A DNA stretch of 64,000 nucleotides from Candidatus Doudnabacteria bacterium (lineage in GTDB: Bacteria; Patescibacteriota; Doudnabacteria; UBA920). Where the stretch lies: positions 25,174 through 89,173 of the forward strand of contig JARLHZ010000025.1 in the NCBI GenBank assembly GCA_031291995.1. Direction: 5' to 3'. Position numbers and translations under genes: made by a program. The notes beneath the pieces are model-generated. The model searched no databases. It was not told the DNA's origin and saw nothing but the letters and a program-made list of their open reading frames with translations. Positions 30,372 through 39,576 of the stretch are shown piece after piece (within the stretch, counting starts at the first letter, position 1; each line of letters begins with the position of its first letter).

Positions 30372-32027
30372 CTATCCTTCCCCAGCCACTCGAAAAACCT
30401 CTTCCACATCGGTAATCCCCTGCAGAGCCTTTAGCAATCCGTCCTGGACCATGGTAATCATACCCTGGGACACGGCAACTTTTTTGAATTCGGCCATGGA
30501 GGAATTATCTTTTAAAATTAATGCCTGGATGGCTTCGGTATTTTCCAAAACCTCATAAATGCCAATGCGCCCCTGGTAGCCCAGATTGTGGCACTGCTCG
30601 CATCCGGTAGAGTGAAAAAATTGCAGCTCTTTGGGCAAAGCGGCAGCGGAACTTTTTGGCAGTTGTTTTAAAAGATAGGTAATTTTTTCCATGACCGTGG
30701 GTGAAAGCGCTGCCGGCTTTTTGCAATTTTGGCACAAACGCCGGACCAACCGTTGGGCCAAAACAGCAGATAGCGCCGGGGCGGCAACAAAAGGCTTAAT
30801 ACCCATATTTAACAAACGCGGGATGGCACCGGCCGCGTCGTTGGTGTGCAAGGTGGAAAAAACCAAGTGCCCCGTTAACGCGGCCTGCATGGCCACTTCG
30901 GCGGTTTCCTGGTCGCGGATTTCACCGACCATAACTATGTCCGGGTCTTGCCGCAAAATGGCCCGCAACCCTTTGGCAAAATCAAAATCCACATTGTGGT
31001 CTATGGGAGTTTGCACAATCCCCGGCAGTTTATATTCCACCGGATCTTCCAGAGTAATAATTTTTACCTTAGAGTCGTTTATTTCATTCAAAAAAGCGTA
31101 AAGCGAAGTTGTCTTGCCGCTGCCGGTCGGCCCGGTGGTAATAACCATCCCGTTGGGTTTTTGCAGCTGCCGCTCAACAACTTCCATAGCTTGGGCGGAA
31201 AAACCCAAATCTTTTAATTTTAAAGTCGTGGCGCCGGTACCCAAAAGCCGCATAACCACCTCTTCGCCGTACGCCGAAGGCAAAGAGGAGACGCGCACGT
31301 CAATGGGTTTTCCCAAATAATAAAAAGTAATGCGACCGTCCTGCGGCACGTTGTCCACATTTAGTTTAAGTTTGGATAAAATTTTTATTCTGGTAACAAT
31401 ACCGCGCTGGAGATCTTTGCTCAAATGAAGCATGTCCTGCAATACGCCGTCTACCCGGAAACGCAGTTTAAAAAAATGCTCCTCCGGTTCCAGGTGAATA
31501 TCGGAAGACTTATAATACATGGCGGCGCCAAAAATATAACCCAACAAAACGCTGGCATTGTGTTTTTTCTGCTCTTCTTCAGCGGACAAAGCCCTGAATA
31601 ATTCCGTATAATTTTCATCCCGTTCTATTTTCACGGTTTCTTCCGTGGCAAGCTTTGGCCTCAGCACCTTGCTGAAAAATTTTAACGTCTGCGCCAAACT
31701 TTTCGGGGAAACCAAATACAGGGTAACTTTATTTTTTTTGGACAATTCGGCAATTTTTTCCTGAAGCAAAGGATGACGGGGATCTACGGCCCCAAGCCGC
31801 AAATCGTTCATTTCCTTATAAAACGGCACTGCGCCCATTTCCGCCGCTTCTTCTTCGGTAAAAATCCCCAGTACGCTCAAATCTATGGGGAAATTATGCA
31901 GGTCTACATAAGGCAGCCCCAAAGTAGCCGCCTTGGCCTGGATTTCCTGCTCCTGCATTTTACGGTTTAGGTCTTCCAGGCTTTGCTGAAGTTCGTGAGT
32001 CGATGACGCTAAAAACTTATTGGACAT
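30372..32027 (-). CDS. pilB: Type II/IV secretion-system ATPase (GspE/PilB family)
   Basis: Walker A GPTGSGKTT, Asp box and His box (TGHLVFSTLHTND), and the C-terminal tetracysteine motif CQNC...CEQC. Confidence 0.85.
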   Translation of the reverse strand: MSNKFLASSTHELQQSLEDLNRKMQEQEIQAKAATLGLPYVDLHNFPIDLSVLGIFTEEEAAEMGAVPFYKEMNDLRLGAVDPRHPLLQEKIAELSKKNKVTLYLVSPKSLAQTLKFFSKVLRPKLATEETVKIERDENYTELFRALSAEEEQKKHNASVLLGYIFGAAMYYKSSDIHLEPEEHFFKLRFRVDGVLQDMLHLSKDLQRGIVTRIKILSKLKLNVDNVPQDGRITFYYLGKPIDVRVSSLPSAYGEEVVMRLLGTGATTLKLKDLGFSAQAMEVVERQLQKPNGMVITTGPTGSGKTTSLYAFLNEINDSKVKIITLEDPVEYKLPGIVQTPIDHNVDFDFAKGLRAILRQDPDIVMVGEIRDQETAEVAMQAALTGHLVFSTLHTNDAAGAIPRLLNMGIKPFVAAPALSAVLAQRLVRRLCQNCKKPAALSPTVMEKITYLLKQLPKSSAAALPKELQFFHSTGCEQCHNLGYQGRIGIYEVLENTEAIQALILKDNSSMAEFKKVAVSQGMITMVQDGLLKALQGITDVEEVFRVAGEG

Positions 32028-32099
32028 TTTTTATTTCTGAGGATAAATTAACTGATATTTAGTATATCAGAGAAATGTGCTAAAATATTGGTAAATAGA

Positions 32100-33062
32100 C
32101 CAATAACTTAAGACTAAAGGGTTCCAAAACTTGAGCACTTTTCTCTGAAACCAAAACAAAAATGAAAAAGAACAAAAAGGATTACAATCCGCTTGTTAAG
32201 CGGGTTAGTCAGAAGGAATTTAATCAGTATATTCTGCCTCAGCTTAAAAAGCCTTTAATGGGGCCAAAGCCTAAACTTTCCCTCTACAAAATCTTTAACT
32301 ACGTTTTGTATGTGCTATCCACCGGCTGCCAGTGGGAACAGCTGCCGATATACCGAAACGAAATTCACTGGAGCAATGTCTACAAGTGGCATAACCGCTG
32401 GAGCAAGAACGGCAGCTACCAGAATTTGTTTGAGTCTACTGTAGACCTACTAAACCAGAAAGGCAAACTCGATACTTCCATTCTCCATGGCGACGGTTCT
32501 AATACTGTCGCTAAAAAGGGGGAGAAAAAATCGGTTACAGCGGACACAAGCACCAGAAGGGCGAAAAAGCTCTTGCCATAGCGGATAATCGGGGAAATAT
32601 TATTTCATCGCTATTAGCTAAACCGGTAAACGAAACCGACATGGCGTTACTTGACCAAGCTTTTTATCAGTTGCTGGAAATTGCAGATGTTATTCACTTG
32701 GATTTAAAAGGAACCAAACTAACTTTAGACTCAGGGTTTGACTCTGAGCGGAACCATACCATCATCGAAGATGCTGAAATGATTCCGGTCATCAAGCCCA
32801 ATCGCAGAGGAACAAAGAACGAGGACAAACTACATGTGATGTTTGAAAAGGAAGACGATCAGGAAAAAGTTTACAAACAACGCTACAAGATTGAACGGAC
32901 TTTTGCCTGGGAGGATACTTACCGAAAGACTGTTATTCGCTATGAGAAGCGCTCCGATACCCATATGGGATTTAAGTACCTTGCTTACTCGCTGATTAAT
33001 CTTCGTTGGTTTTTAAAGAGAAAATGATTACTACTCGCTATGAGTTCAATCTTAAGTTTATT
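32100..33062 (+). mobile_element. IS5-family insertion sequence (about 0.96 kb), transposase split at an A6 tract
   Basis: Two consecutive ORFs (32162-32581 and 32641-33027) together encode an IS5-type DDE transposase (GCQWEQLP...LHGDGSNTVAKKG / ...LDSGFDS...RYKIERTFAWED). Candidate imperfect terminal inverted repeats ATAACTTAAGAC (around 32103) and ATCTTAAGTTTAT (around 33051). Boundaries are approximate. Confidence 0.6.
32162..33027 (+). pseudogene. IS5-family transposase interrupted by a -1 frameshift at GAG-AAA-AAA-T (A-run 32525-32530); either a programmed frameshift or an inactivated gene
   Basis: Reading in the -1 frame from the A6 run gives GEKIGYSGHKHQKGEKALAIADNRGNIISSLLAKPVNETDMALLDQ..., which joins ORF1 seamlessly to ORF2. 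Confidence 0.55.
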
Positions 33063-33167
33063 ATAACATTTGGCGGACGAATTCCAAAGTCCGCGCTTAA
33101 ATTTCCAAAAACCGGATTATTTATGGTAAAATATTGTAAAGCAATATTAATTGAGGAGCAAACATAT

Positions 33168-33383
33168 ATGAAGCAAATGACCTGCGCCCAAATGGGCGGT
33201 CCGGCCACCTGCGCGACCGTAATCACCGGCGACACCGCCGAGGAAATGGTCAAAAATGGCATGGAACATATTACCCAGGAACACCCCGACCTGGCCGCGC
33301 AAATTTCAAAAATGACTCCCGAAGAAACATCAAAGTGGATGACCGAGTTCCAAATAAAGTTTGACGCGCTGCCCGTAATGTAA
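33168..33383 (+). CDS. DUF1059-family small protein
   Basis: MKQMTCAQMGGPATCATVITGDTAEEMVKNGMEHITQEHP... matches the DUF1059 pattern (M.Q..C.D.G..C.....G.T.EE....A.EH....H). RBS GAGGAG. The 33006 start in the ORF track is probably too long. Confidence 0.55.
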   Translation: MKQMTCAQMGGPATCATVITGDTAEEMVKNGMEHITQEHPDLAAQISKMTPEETSKWMTEFQIKFDALPVM

Positions 33384-33458
33384 CAATTACCAATGGCATT
33401 GCGTTAGTATCCGCTAAAAAAAATCGCCGCCCGGGATTGGGCGGCGATTTTGAAATTA

Positions 33459-34631
33459 CTAAGCCGGTTTTTGGCTGTTGTCCAAATTTTTTACGGCCTG
33501 GGAAAAACGTTCTTCCAGAGTTTCCAATAAAATATCGCTAAAAGCCATTTCAATGACCGCGAAATTATTTATCCCCGCGTCGACAATTTGACCAGAGCCG
33601 TCTATGGACGAAAGCAGTTTTTTTGCCGAGAACTGTTGGTGAACCGCGGCCAGTAAACGCGGACGGCCTTTAGCCGGCTCGGCAATAATGGCGATTACCG
33701 AATAGTCGCCAAGGTTGTCTGACATTTCCTTTAAGGCCGGCAACAAATACTTCACACCGGCTTCGGCGCGGACGAAATCTTCGGCGGTCAATAAAGAAAT
33801 TACCGTTTTTTGCCGCTCATCGATTTTCATCCGGGCCAGGGCACGGCCCCATAATTTCAGCAGGCTCAACGGTTTGGTTTTAAAAATATTTTTTATAACT
33901 TCCTGCTGGCGACCGCCCAAAGCCACTAGCTCGCTGGCTTTAATAAATGCTTTGGGGGTAGTTTGAGCGCGCTGAAAACTTCCGGTCTGCTCAATAATCC
34001 CCGCCAAAAGACAGGTGGCAATGTCCTGGTCTATCAGCTGTTCTTCATATTTTTGCATCAAGTCGGCCAGCAATTCCGCGATCGAGGTGGCGGTAACATC
34101 TACCAAATTGACGCTTCCGAAATATTCGTTGGCCGCTGAAACATCCAAGTTGATTTTTGGCGTCTCATAAAACAAATCGGCGTTTTGTTCATGCAGCCGG
34201 CCCAAATTTTCCAGGGACTTGGCACCGACGGTAATAATCAAATCCAGCGGGAATTTTTCCTGGGCAAAGCTCAAATCTTCGGGAGTAAATTCCCCATCCT
34301 TGGATTTTAAAAAGACCTGGGCCTTTAGTTCGCCGGTCTGATAACTGATTTCCGCCAGTTTTTTTTGGCTGGTATCCACGGTAATTACCAAACTCTTACC
34401 ACCCTCTAAAACCGATTTGACGGCTGAAACATCGGGCAGGAACTGGAGGCTCTCTCCGGCCTGTTTCCCGCTGCCCGCCACTACCACATCTTTTTGCAAT
34501 TTAAGCAAAAACAGGCGCAAAGCCAAAGCCGAGGCCAGCGCGTCGGTTGTGGCCGGGTCCGGCAGGGCGATGAGCACTTTTTGGCTTTTCTTGATGAGGG
34601 AAAAAATTTGTTGGTCCGGACTAAGCTCCAT
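33459..34631 (-). CDS. DHH/DHHA1-family phosphoesterase-like protein (NrnA/RecJ-like fold), catalytic motifs apparently degenerate
   Basis: 390 aa with NrnA-like architecture (KVLIALPDPATTDALASALAL...VITVDTSQ...). The canonical H-x-x-PDGD and DHH motifs are not intact. Confidence 0.4.
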   Translation of the reverse strand: MELSPDQQIFSLIKKSQKVLIALPDPATTDALASALALRLFLLKLQKDVVVAGSGKQAGESLQFLPDVSAVKSVLEGGKSLVITVDTSQKKLAEISYQTGELKAQVFLKSKDGEFTPEDLSFAQEKFPLDLIITVGAKSLENLGRLHEQNADLFYETPKINLDVSAANEYFGSVNLVDVTATSIAELLADLMQKYEEQLIDQDIATCLLAGIIEQTGSFQRAQTTPKAFIKASELVALGGRQQEVIKNIFKTKPLSLLKLWGRALARMKIDERQKTVISLLTAEDFVRAEAGVKYLLPALKEMSDNLGDYSVIAIIAEPAKGRPRLLAAVHQQFSAKKLLSSIDGSGQIVDAGINNFAVIEMAFSDILLETLEERFSQAVKNLDNSQKPA

Positions 34632-34640
34632 TAGATTACG

Positions 34641-34710
34641 ATAATTGATAATTTATAGTTGATAACAACCGTTCGCGTCCACAGAGTTATAAGTTATCAA
34701 TTATAAATTA
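34641..34710. repeat. Family-B palindromic element, empty hairpin (arms AATTTATAGTTGATAAC / GTTATCAATTATAAATT, about 27-nt loop)
   Basis: Read directly from the sequence. It shares the arm AATTTATAATTGATAAC with the copies at 38690, 39080 and 49613. Confidence 0.7.
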
Positions 34711-34861
34711 TGAGTTATTTCCACGATTTATTATTATAATCCATTTTACTTCCAGCGTCAATCGGGTTAAAATAGAATTATTGCAGACATTAATTGATTT
34801 TTGGATATTGGGGTATTTGCAAAACGGCGTTCAATCGATCAATATCCCAATCCAGCCGCCA

Positions 34862-35269
34862 ATGAAACAAACCTCGCTCGTAACTTTAAATGATATACCA
34901 AAATTTGCCAAACAGCTTGCCAATACGCTTAAAGGCGGGGAAATTTTGGCGCTTATCGGGCCGCTTGGAGCCGGGAAAACGACTTTTGCCAAAGCTCTTG
35001 GCAAAGAATTAAACATCAAGCATAAGATAACCAGTCCGACTTTTACGCTAATGCACTCTTTTGCGGCAAAGTTAAAGCAGGGCAAGCCGGCAACGCTTTA
35101 CCATCTGGACTTGTACCGCACAAAAAATTTCCGAGAAGCCAAGGCTTTGGGTTTAAACGAATTTTGGGGACAGCCCCGAACCGTCACTTTAATTGAATGG
35201 GCGGACAAGATCGGCCGGCACTTGCCCAAAAAAACCAAAAAAATAATATTTACCGGTCATGAAAAATAA
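34862..35269 (+). CDS. tsaE: tRNA threonylcarbamoyladenosine biosynthesis protein TsaE
   Basis: P-loop GPLGAGKTTFAKAL, then SPTFTLMHSF, then LYHLDLYR, the typical YjeE/TsaE order. Internal Met start chosen; the ORF track begins at 34781. Confidence 0.75.
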   Translation: MKQTSLVTLNDIPKFAKQLANTLKGGEILALIGPLGAGKTTFAKALGKELNIKHKITSPTFTLMHSFAAKLKQGKPATLYHLDLYRTKNFREAKALGLNEFWGQPRTVTLIEWADKIGRHLPKKTKKIIFTGHEK

Positions 35270-36512
35270 ACCCCTGTTAATGTTATCGGCGCTGGCGGCC
35301 TGTCTGATTTTCTTCCCGAAATTAGCTTGGGCCGACACCGGTTCGGCTGCCGTTTCTTATCCTCCCCAGCAGCAAAGCGCGCCGAACGGCGCGAGGCTGA
35401 ATTTGACTTTGGACGGGCAAAACTTTCCCATTTCCCAAGCCCAAGCCGATGACTGGTTCGGTCAACAAACCGTCACCCCCAGCCTCATGTTCAACCGGCC
35501 GCCACTGCCTCTCCGGGACATGCTAAAACAATCCCTGGGCATAGCGCCTCAAACGACGCAGGTGCTGCCCATTTACCACTACCGGCTCAGCGATATTTAT
35601 AATTTTTTGCGGGCGCTGTCCGACAAGGTTAACCGCCCTGCCGTTGAGCCCGTGTTCCAAATGGCGGACAACCGCGTTGCCACCTTTACACCTGCCCAAA
35701 CCGGCCTGGCGCTGGACATCTATCAGAACTCTCTCAACACCCTGACCGCGCTGGAACTCGGACAGCACAATTTAAACCTGGTTTCGTACCGGCAGGAGCC
35801 CAAAACCGCGCTGGCGCAAACTAACAACCTCGGCATTAGCGAACTTATCGGGGAGGGCGTTTCAAATTTTAAAGGCAGCCCCAATAACCGGCGCCACAAT
35901 ATTGCCGTAGGTTTGGAAAAATTTAAAGGACTTATAATTCCGCAGGGCGCGACTTTCAGCTTTGACGACAACCTCGGGCCGGTTACGGCCGATGCCGGAT
36001 TTTTACCGGAGCTGGTCATTGACAACGGCACTACCCTGCCGGAACTTGGCGGCGGCCTTTGCCAGGTTTCCACCACGACTTTCCGCGCCGCCATGGCGGC
36101 GGGATTGCCGATTACGGCGCGCCGGAACCACGCTTACGCCGTGACTTATTATTCCCCACAGGGAACCGATGCAACCATCTATCCCGGCTCGGCCGATTTA
36201 AAATTTGTAAATGATACGCCCGGAGCCATTCTAATCTGGCCTTACGAAAAAGACAGCAATACTTTGGTATTTGATTTTTACGGCACCAGCGACAACCGAA
36301 CGGTAATTTTACAGCAGCCGGTGGTGTACGATAAAAAAGCCGATCAAAGCATGAAGGCCACCTGGACGCGGATAGTCACCGCGGCCGACGGGAACCAAAG
36401 AACCGACGTATTCAAATCCACATACCAATCACCGGCGCTTTTCCATAAAACCGAAACTTTTGTTAGCGCCACGGGAAGCCAGTCTTCCGGACTAAAAATG
36501 CCAAAAACCTAA
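35259..36512 (+). CDS. VanW-family protein (secreted)
   Basis: 417 aa with an N-terminal signal/TM. VanW core GGGLCQVSTTTFRAAMAAGLPITARRNHAY. Confidence 0.75.
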   Translation: MKNKPLLMLSALAACLIFFPKLAWADTGSAAVSYPPQQQSAPNGARLNLTLDGQNFPISQAQADDWFGQQTVTPSLMFNRPPLPLRDMLKQSLGIAPQTTQVLPIYHYRLSDIYNFLRALSDKVNRPAVEPVFQMADNRVATFTPAQTGLALDIYQNSLNTLTALELGQHNLNLVSYRQEPKTALAQTNNLGISELIGEGVSNFKGSPNNRRHNIAVGLEKFKGLIIPQGATFSFDDNLGPVTADAGFLPELVIDNGTTLPELGGGLCQVSTTTFRAAMAAGLPITARRNHAYAVTYYSPQGTDATIYPGSADLKFVNDTPGAILIWPYEKDSNTLVFDFYGTSDNRTVILQQPVVYDKKADQSMKATWTRIVTAADGNQRTDVFKSTYQSPALFHKTETFVSATGSQSSGLKMPKT

Positions 36513-36530
36513 AGTACCGTTACGGCATCA

Positions 36531-36646
36531 AATATAGTAGAATATTAGTATTGCATGATGTTAATTGATAATGATGGATATTAGTTGATATTTGGGGATA
36601 TAAAACGAAACATTCAATATCCTAATATCTATTAATATCAACCCCT
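36531..36646. repeat. Family-C intergenic repeat (GGATATTAGTTGATATTTGGGGATAT...CCTAATATCTATTAATATCAACC)
   Basis: Strong similarity to the reverse complement of 51405-51500. Confidence 0.7.
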
Positions 36647-37696
36647 ATGATCCAATCCAACCAGGACAACGAGGCAGCCTCGGCCTTAAATGACGCTATG
36701 GCCGACGAAGAAGAAATAATCATAGAACAGACCCTGCGGCCGCAGGCGCTTTCGGAGTACGTGGGTCAGGACGGGATAAAAAATAATTTAAATATAATTA
36801 TCCAGGCCGCCAAACAGCGGGGCGAAATTTTGGAACACCTGATGTTTTACGGTCCGCCGGGCTTGGGCAAAACCACTTTGGCGTTTATTGTCGCCAAAGA
36901 AATGGGCGGTAATATTAAAGTTACCTCGGGTCCGGCCATTGAGCGGGCCGGCGATTTGGCCAGTCTGCTCACCAACCTCAGCGAAGGCGATGTTTTATTT
37001 ATAGACGAGATTCACCGTTTGAATAAAGCCGTGGAGGAAGTTTTATATCCGGCCATGGAAGACCACGTGCTGGATATTGTTTTGGGCAAAGGCCCGGGCG
37101 CGCGTTCCATACGCATGGAACTGCCAAAGTTTACCTTAATTGGCGCCACCACCAGGATCGGCCTGATTTCCTCTCCCCTGCGCGACCGCTTTGGCGCCAC
37201 TTATCGCCTGGAATATTACCCCGAAGAAGATTTGGAAAAAATTATCCGCCGCAGCAGCAAAATTTTAAACGCGCCTATCGACCGGGAAGCCGCGGCAGAG
37301 CTTTCCAAACGATCGCGCTTTACCCCGCGTATTGCCAACCGGCTGCTCAAGCGCGTGCGGGATTTTGCCCAAGTCCGCGGCCATGCTACAATAAATCAAA
37401 ATACGGCCGCGGAGGCTTTGAAACTGCTGGAAATAGACAGCCAGGGACTTGATAAAAACGACCGGAGGATATTGGAAACCCTCATCCATAAATTTTCCGG
37501 AAATCCCGTCGGTCTGTCCACACTGGCCGCGGCGACCGGGGAAGAAGAAGACACGATTACCGATCTTTACGAACCGTTTCTCATTCGCCTGGGTCTGATT
37601 GCCAAAACGCCCAAGGGCAGGCAGGCAACCGAAGCCGCGTACAGGCATTTGGATGTTACGCCGCCAATAAATAACCAACAAAAAACCTTATTGTAG
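36647..37696 (+). CDS. ruvB: Holliday junction branch-migration ATPase RuvB
   Basis: AAA+ Walker [10 protein letters not shown], Walker [10 protein letters not shown], sensor motifs and a C-terminal winged helix. Confidence 0.95.
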   Translation: MIQSNQDNEAASALNDAMADEEEIIIEQTLRPQALSEYVGQDGIKNNLNIIIQAAKQRGEILEHLMFYGPPGLGKTTLAFIVAKEMGGNIKVTSGPAIERAGDLASLLTNLSEGDVLFIDEIHRLNKAVEEVLYPAMEDHVLDIVLGKGPGARSIRMELPKFTLIGATTRIGLISSPLRDRFGATYRLEYYPEEDLEKIIRRSSKILNAPIDREAAAELSKRSRFTPRIANRLLKRVRDFAQVRGHATINQNTAAEALKLLEIDSQGLDKNDRRILETLIHKFSGNPVGLSTLAAATGEEEDTITDLYEPFLIRLGLIAKTPKGRQATEAAYRHLDVTPPINNQQKTLL

Positions 37697-37783
37697 TTTA
37701 CGAAGTACGAACGAGAACGAACTTACGAAGAGTAAGTACCCGTTCGTTCGTAAGTTCGTAAAATTTCGTACTTAGTAAAATTA
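37694..37783. repeat. Family-A palindromic element (terminal arms TTACGAAGTACGAA / TTCGTACTT(A)GTAA), copy 1, immediately after the ruvB stop codon
   Basis: gtagtttacgaagtacgaacgagaacgaacttacgaag...cgttcgttcgtaagttcgtaaaatttcgtacttagtaaaatt. A second copy lies at 58542-58617. Confidence 0.75.
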
Positions 37784-37995
37784 TGAATCTTTCCAACCCC
37801 GCCAATCTCTTAATCGCCGGTATTTACTACGTATTAGTCGGCCTGGTCAGTTTGTTTTCACTGTTTGGCGTTTACATTCTCATTCGCTACGGGCGCTCGC
37901 TACCGCTGGCTTTTTCCATTGCCGTAGTTTACGCGCTGTTCTTTTTAAAAATTTTAATGGAAACTTCACAGACGCTGCACGCGCTGCTTAGTTAG
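37783..37995 (+). CDS. Small membrane protein (70 aa, two TM helices)
   Basis: Hydrophobic segments LLIAGIYYVLVGLVSLFSLFGVYILI and LAFSIAVVYALFFLKIL. No homology recognised. Confidence 0.3.
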   Translation: MNLSNPANLLIAGIYYVLVGLVSLFSLFGVYILIRYGRSLPLAFSIAVVYALFFLKILMETSQTLHALLS

Positions 37996-38139
37996 AGGGT
38001 TATGGTTGTAGGTTATAGAATGTGGTAGGGAAAATGGTTGTTGGGCTTAGGGCTATGAGCGCTAACGGCCTACTTTCCAAGGCCTATGACCAATCTACTT
38101 TCCATAACTTACAACTAATAACTAACTCCCCACCCAACT

Positions 38140-38688
38140 ATGTCCAAAAAACTTTTCCCCAGCCAGCTGGATGACGAACAAATTTTTCTTGTCGTACGCG
38201 AACACTGGGTCCACCTGACGCTAAAACTCATTGTCTGGGGATTCTTTGCTTTTTTGTTGGTGCTGTTTGAACAGGCGGGCCAAGCCAATATCCCCCAGCT
38301 GTTTTTGGGCACTTGGGGCGAAGTAACCCTGTTGTTTATTCAAATCTACACCTTAATGCTGATTATGGCGCTATTTTTGATTGTGGTTATATATTATTTA
38401 AACATTCAAATTATTACCAACCTCCGGGTTGTGGATGTCAGCCAGGAAGGACTGTTTTCCCACACGATTTCGGAACTTCATATAGATAAAATTGAAGACG
38501 CCACGAGCAAAACCAGCGGGCTGCTCGGCACAATTTTTAATTACGGCGATGTGTTCGTGCAAACCGCCGGCACGGTGGAACGGTTCGATTTTCACAACGT
38601 CCCCAACCCGGCGGCTATTGAAAAAATGGTATTGGATCTATACGAAAAAAATTCCAATTTCGCTAAAGACGCCGGGGAGAATAACTGA
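38140..38688 (+). CDS. Membrane protein with a bacterial PH (bPH_2/DUF304, YdbS/YdbT-like) domain
   Basis: Two N-terminal TM helices followed by a roughly 90-aa domain (VVDVSQEGLFSHTISELHIDKIEDATSKTSGLLGTIFNYGDVFVQTAG). Confidence 0.5.
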   Translation: MSKKLFPSQLDDEQIFLVVREHWVHLTLKLIVWGFFAFLLVLFEQAGQANIPQLFLGTWGEVTLLFIQIYTLMLIMALFLIVVIYYLNIQIITNLRVVDVSQEGLFSHTISELHIDKIEDATSKTSGLLGTIFNYGDVFVQTAGTVERFDFHNVPNPAAIEKMVLDLYEKNSNFAKDAGENN

Positions 38689-38723
38689 TAATTTATAATT
38701 GATAACTAATAACTAACCCCCTT

Positions 38724-39087
38724 ATGGCGTTTAGATTCCAATCTTGGCAAGTTTATAAGGATGCACGGACGTTCAGGAAAGAAATTAATGCCATACTCAA
38801 AACATATCCGCCAGCGGAACGATATGTACTTATAGACCAAATAAAGCGGGCGATGTTGTCGGTAATGCTACAAATTGCCGAAGGATCCGAACGAAAGACC
38901 GAAAAAGATAAAAATCTTTTCATAAACCGATCGTTAACCTCCCTTTTTCGAGATAGTCGCCTGTTTAGATTGTGCGGTTGATGACAAATACATCACCGAA
39001 GATCAATATAAAGACCTGACGCAAAAAGCCGAAAATATAGCCAAACAACTTAGAGGTTTTGAGAAGTATATCCGCAAAAGTTATTGA
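38724..39087 (+). pseudogene. Four-helix-bundle protein (23S rRNA intervening-sequence protein family, TIGR02436-like), frameshifted at the T5 run 38944-38948
   Basis: N-terminal MAFRFQSWQVYKDARTFRKEI...LQIAEGSERKTEKDKNLFINRSLTSL parallels the intact paralogue at 56650-57027. Removing one T restores ...EIVACLDCAVDDKYITEDQYKDLTQKAENIAKQLRGFEKYIRKSY*. It could be a homopolymer sequencing error. Confidence 0.6.
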
Positions 39088-39113
39088 TTATAAATTATTA
39101 ATTATAAGTTATC

Positions 39114-39551
39114 ATGACTACCATAGCAATCTCCGGAGGTTTTGACCCCATTCACATCGGCCATGTGGAAATGATGAAGGAAGCCAAACAGCTCGGTGAC
39201 AGGCTGGTGGTGATAGTGAATAACGACAACTGGCTGAAAAAGAAAAAAGGCTTTGCCTTTATGAGCGAAGCCGAGCGTAGATATATAGTCGAGGCCATCC
39301 GCTATGTTGATGAAGTTATTTTGACCGGCCACCCCCAAAACCCGACCGACATGTCAGTATGCGCGGAACTGGAAAAACTCAAACCCGATATTTTTGCCAA
39401 CGGCGGCGACCGCCACCCCGAAGGCGACCCGGTTCCCGAAGTCGAACTCTGCAAAAAACTCGGCATTCAAATGCTCTACAACATCGGCAAAAGCGGCAAA
39501 ATCCAAAGTTCCAGCGAACTGGTCAAGCGTGTCAGGGAAATAAAGAAATAA
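39114..39551 (+). CDS. Cytidylyl/adenylyl-transferase-like nucleotidyltransferase (TagD / RfaE-domain-II family)
   Basis: ISGGFDPIHIGHVEMM carries the H-x-G-H motif. 145 aa. Confidence 0.65.
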   Translation: MTTIAISGGFDPIHIGHVEMMKEAKQLGDRLVVIVNNDNWLKKKKGFAFMSEAERRYIVEAIRYVDEVILTGHPQNPTDMSVCAELEKLKPDIFANGGDRHPEGDPVPEVELCKKLGIQMLYNIGKSGKIQSSSELVKRVREIKK

Positions 39552-39556
39552 AGGTT

Positions 39557-39576
39557 CCCCGCCGCAAGCAGCGGGG
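39557..39576 (+). terminator. GC hairpin after the nucleotidyltransferase gene
   Basis: ccccgccgcaagcagcgggg. A second hairpin plus T-run lies at 39754-39790 (ccggtatggataagtgcgaatccataccg-acttttttg). Confidence 0.45.

Noticed and set aside
32028-32161. Looked for tRNA genes or att-like sites flanking the IS element and elsewhere in intergenic regions
   Set aside because: No cloverleaf-compatible sequence with a T-loop (GTTCRANYC) and a 7-bp acceptor pairing was found by eye in any intergenic region. A tRNA scan by software would be needed to be sure.
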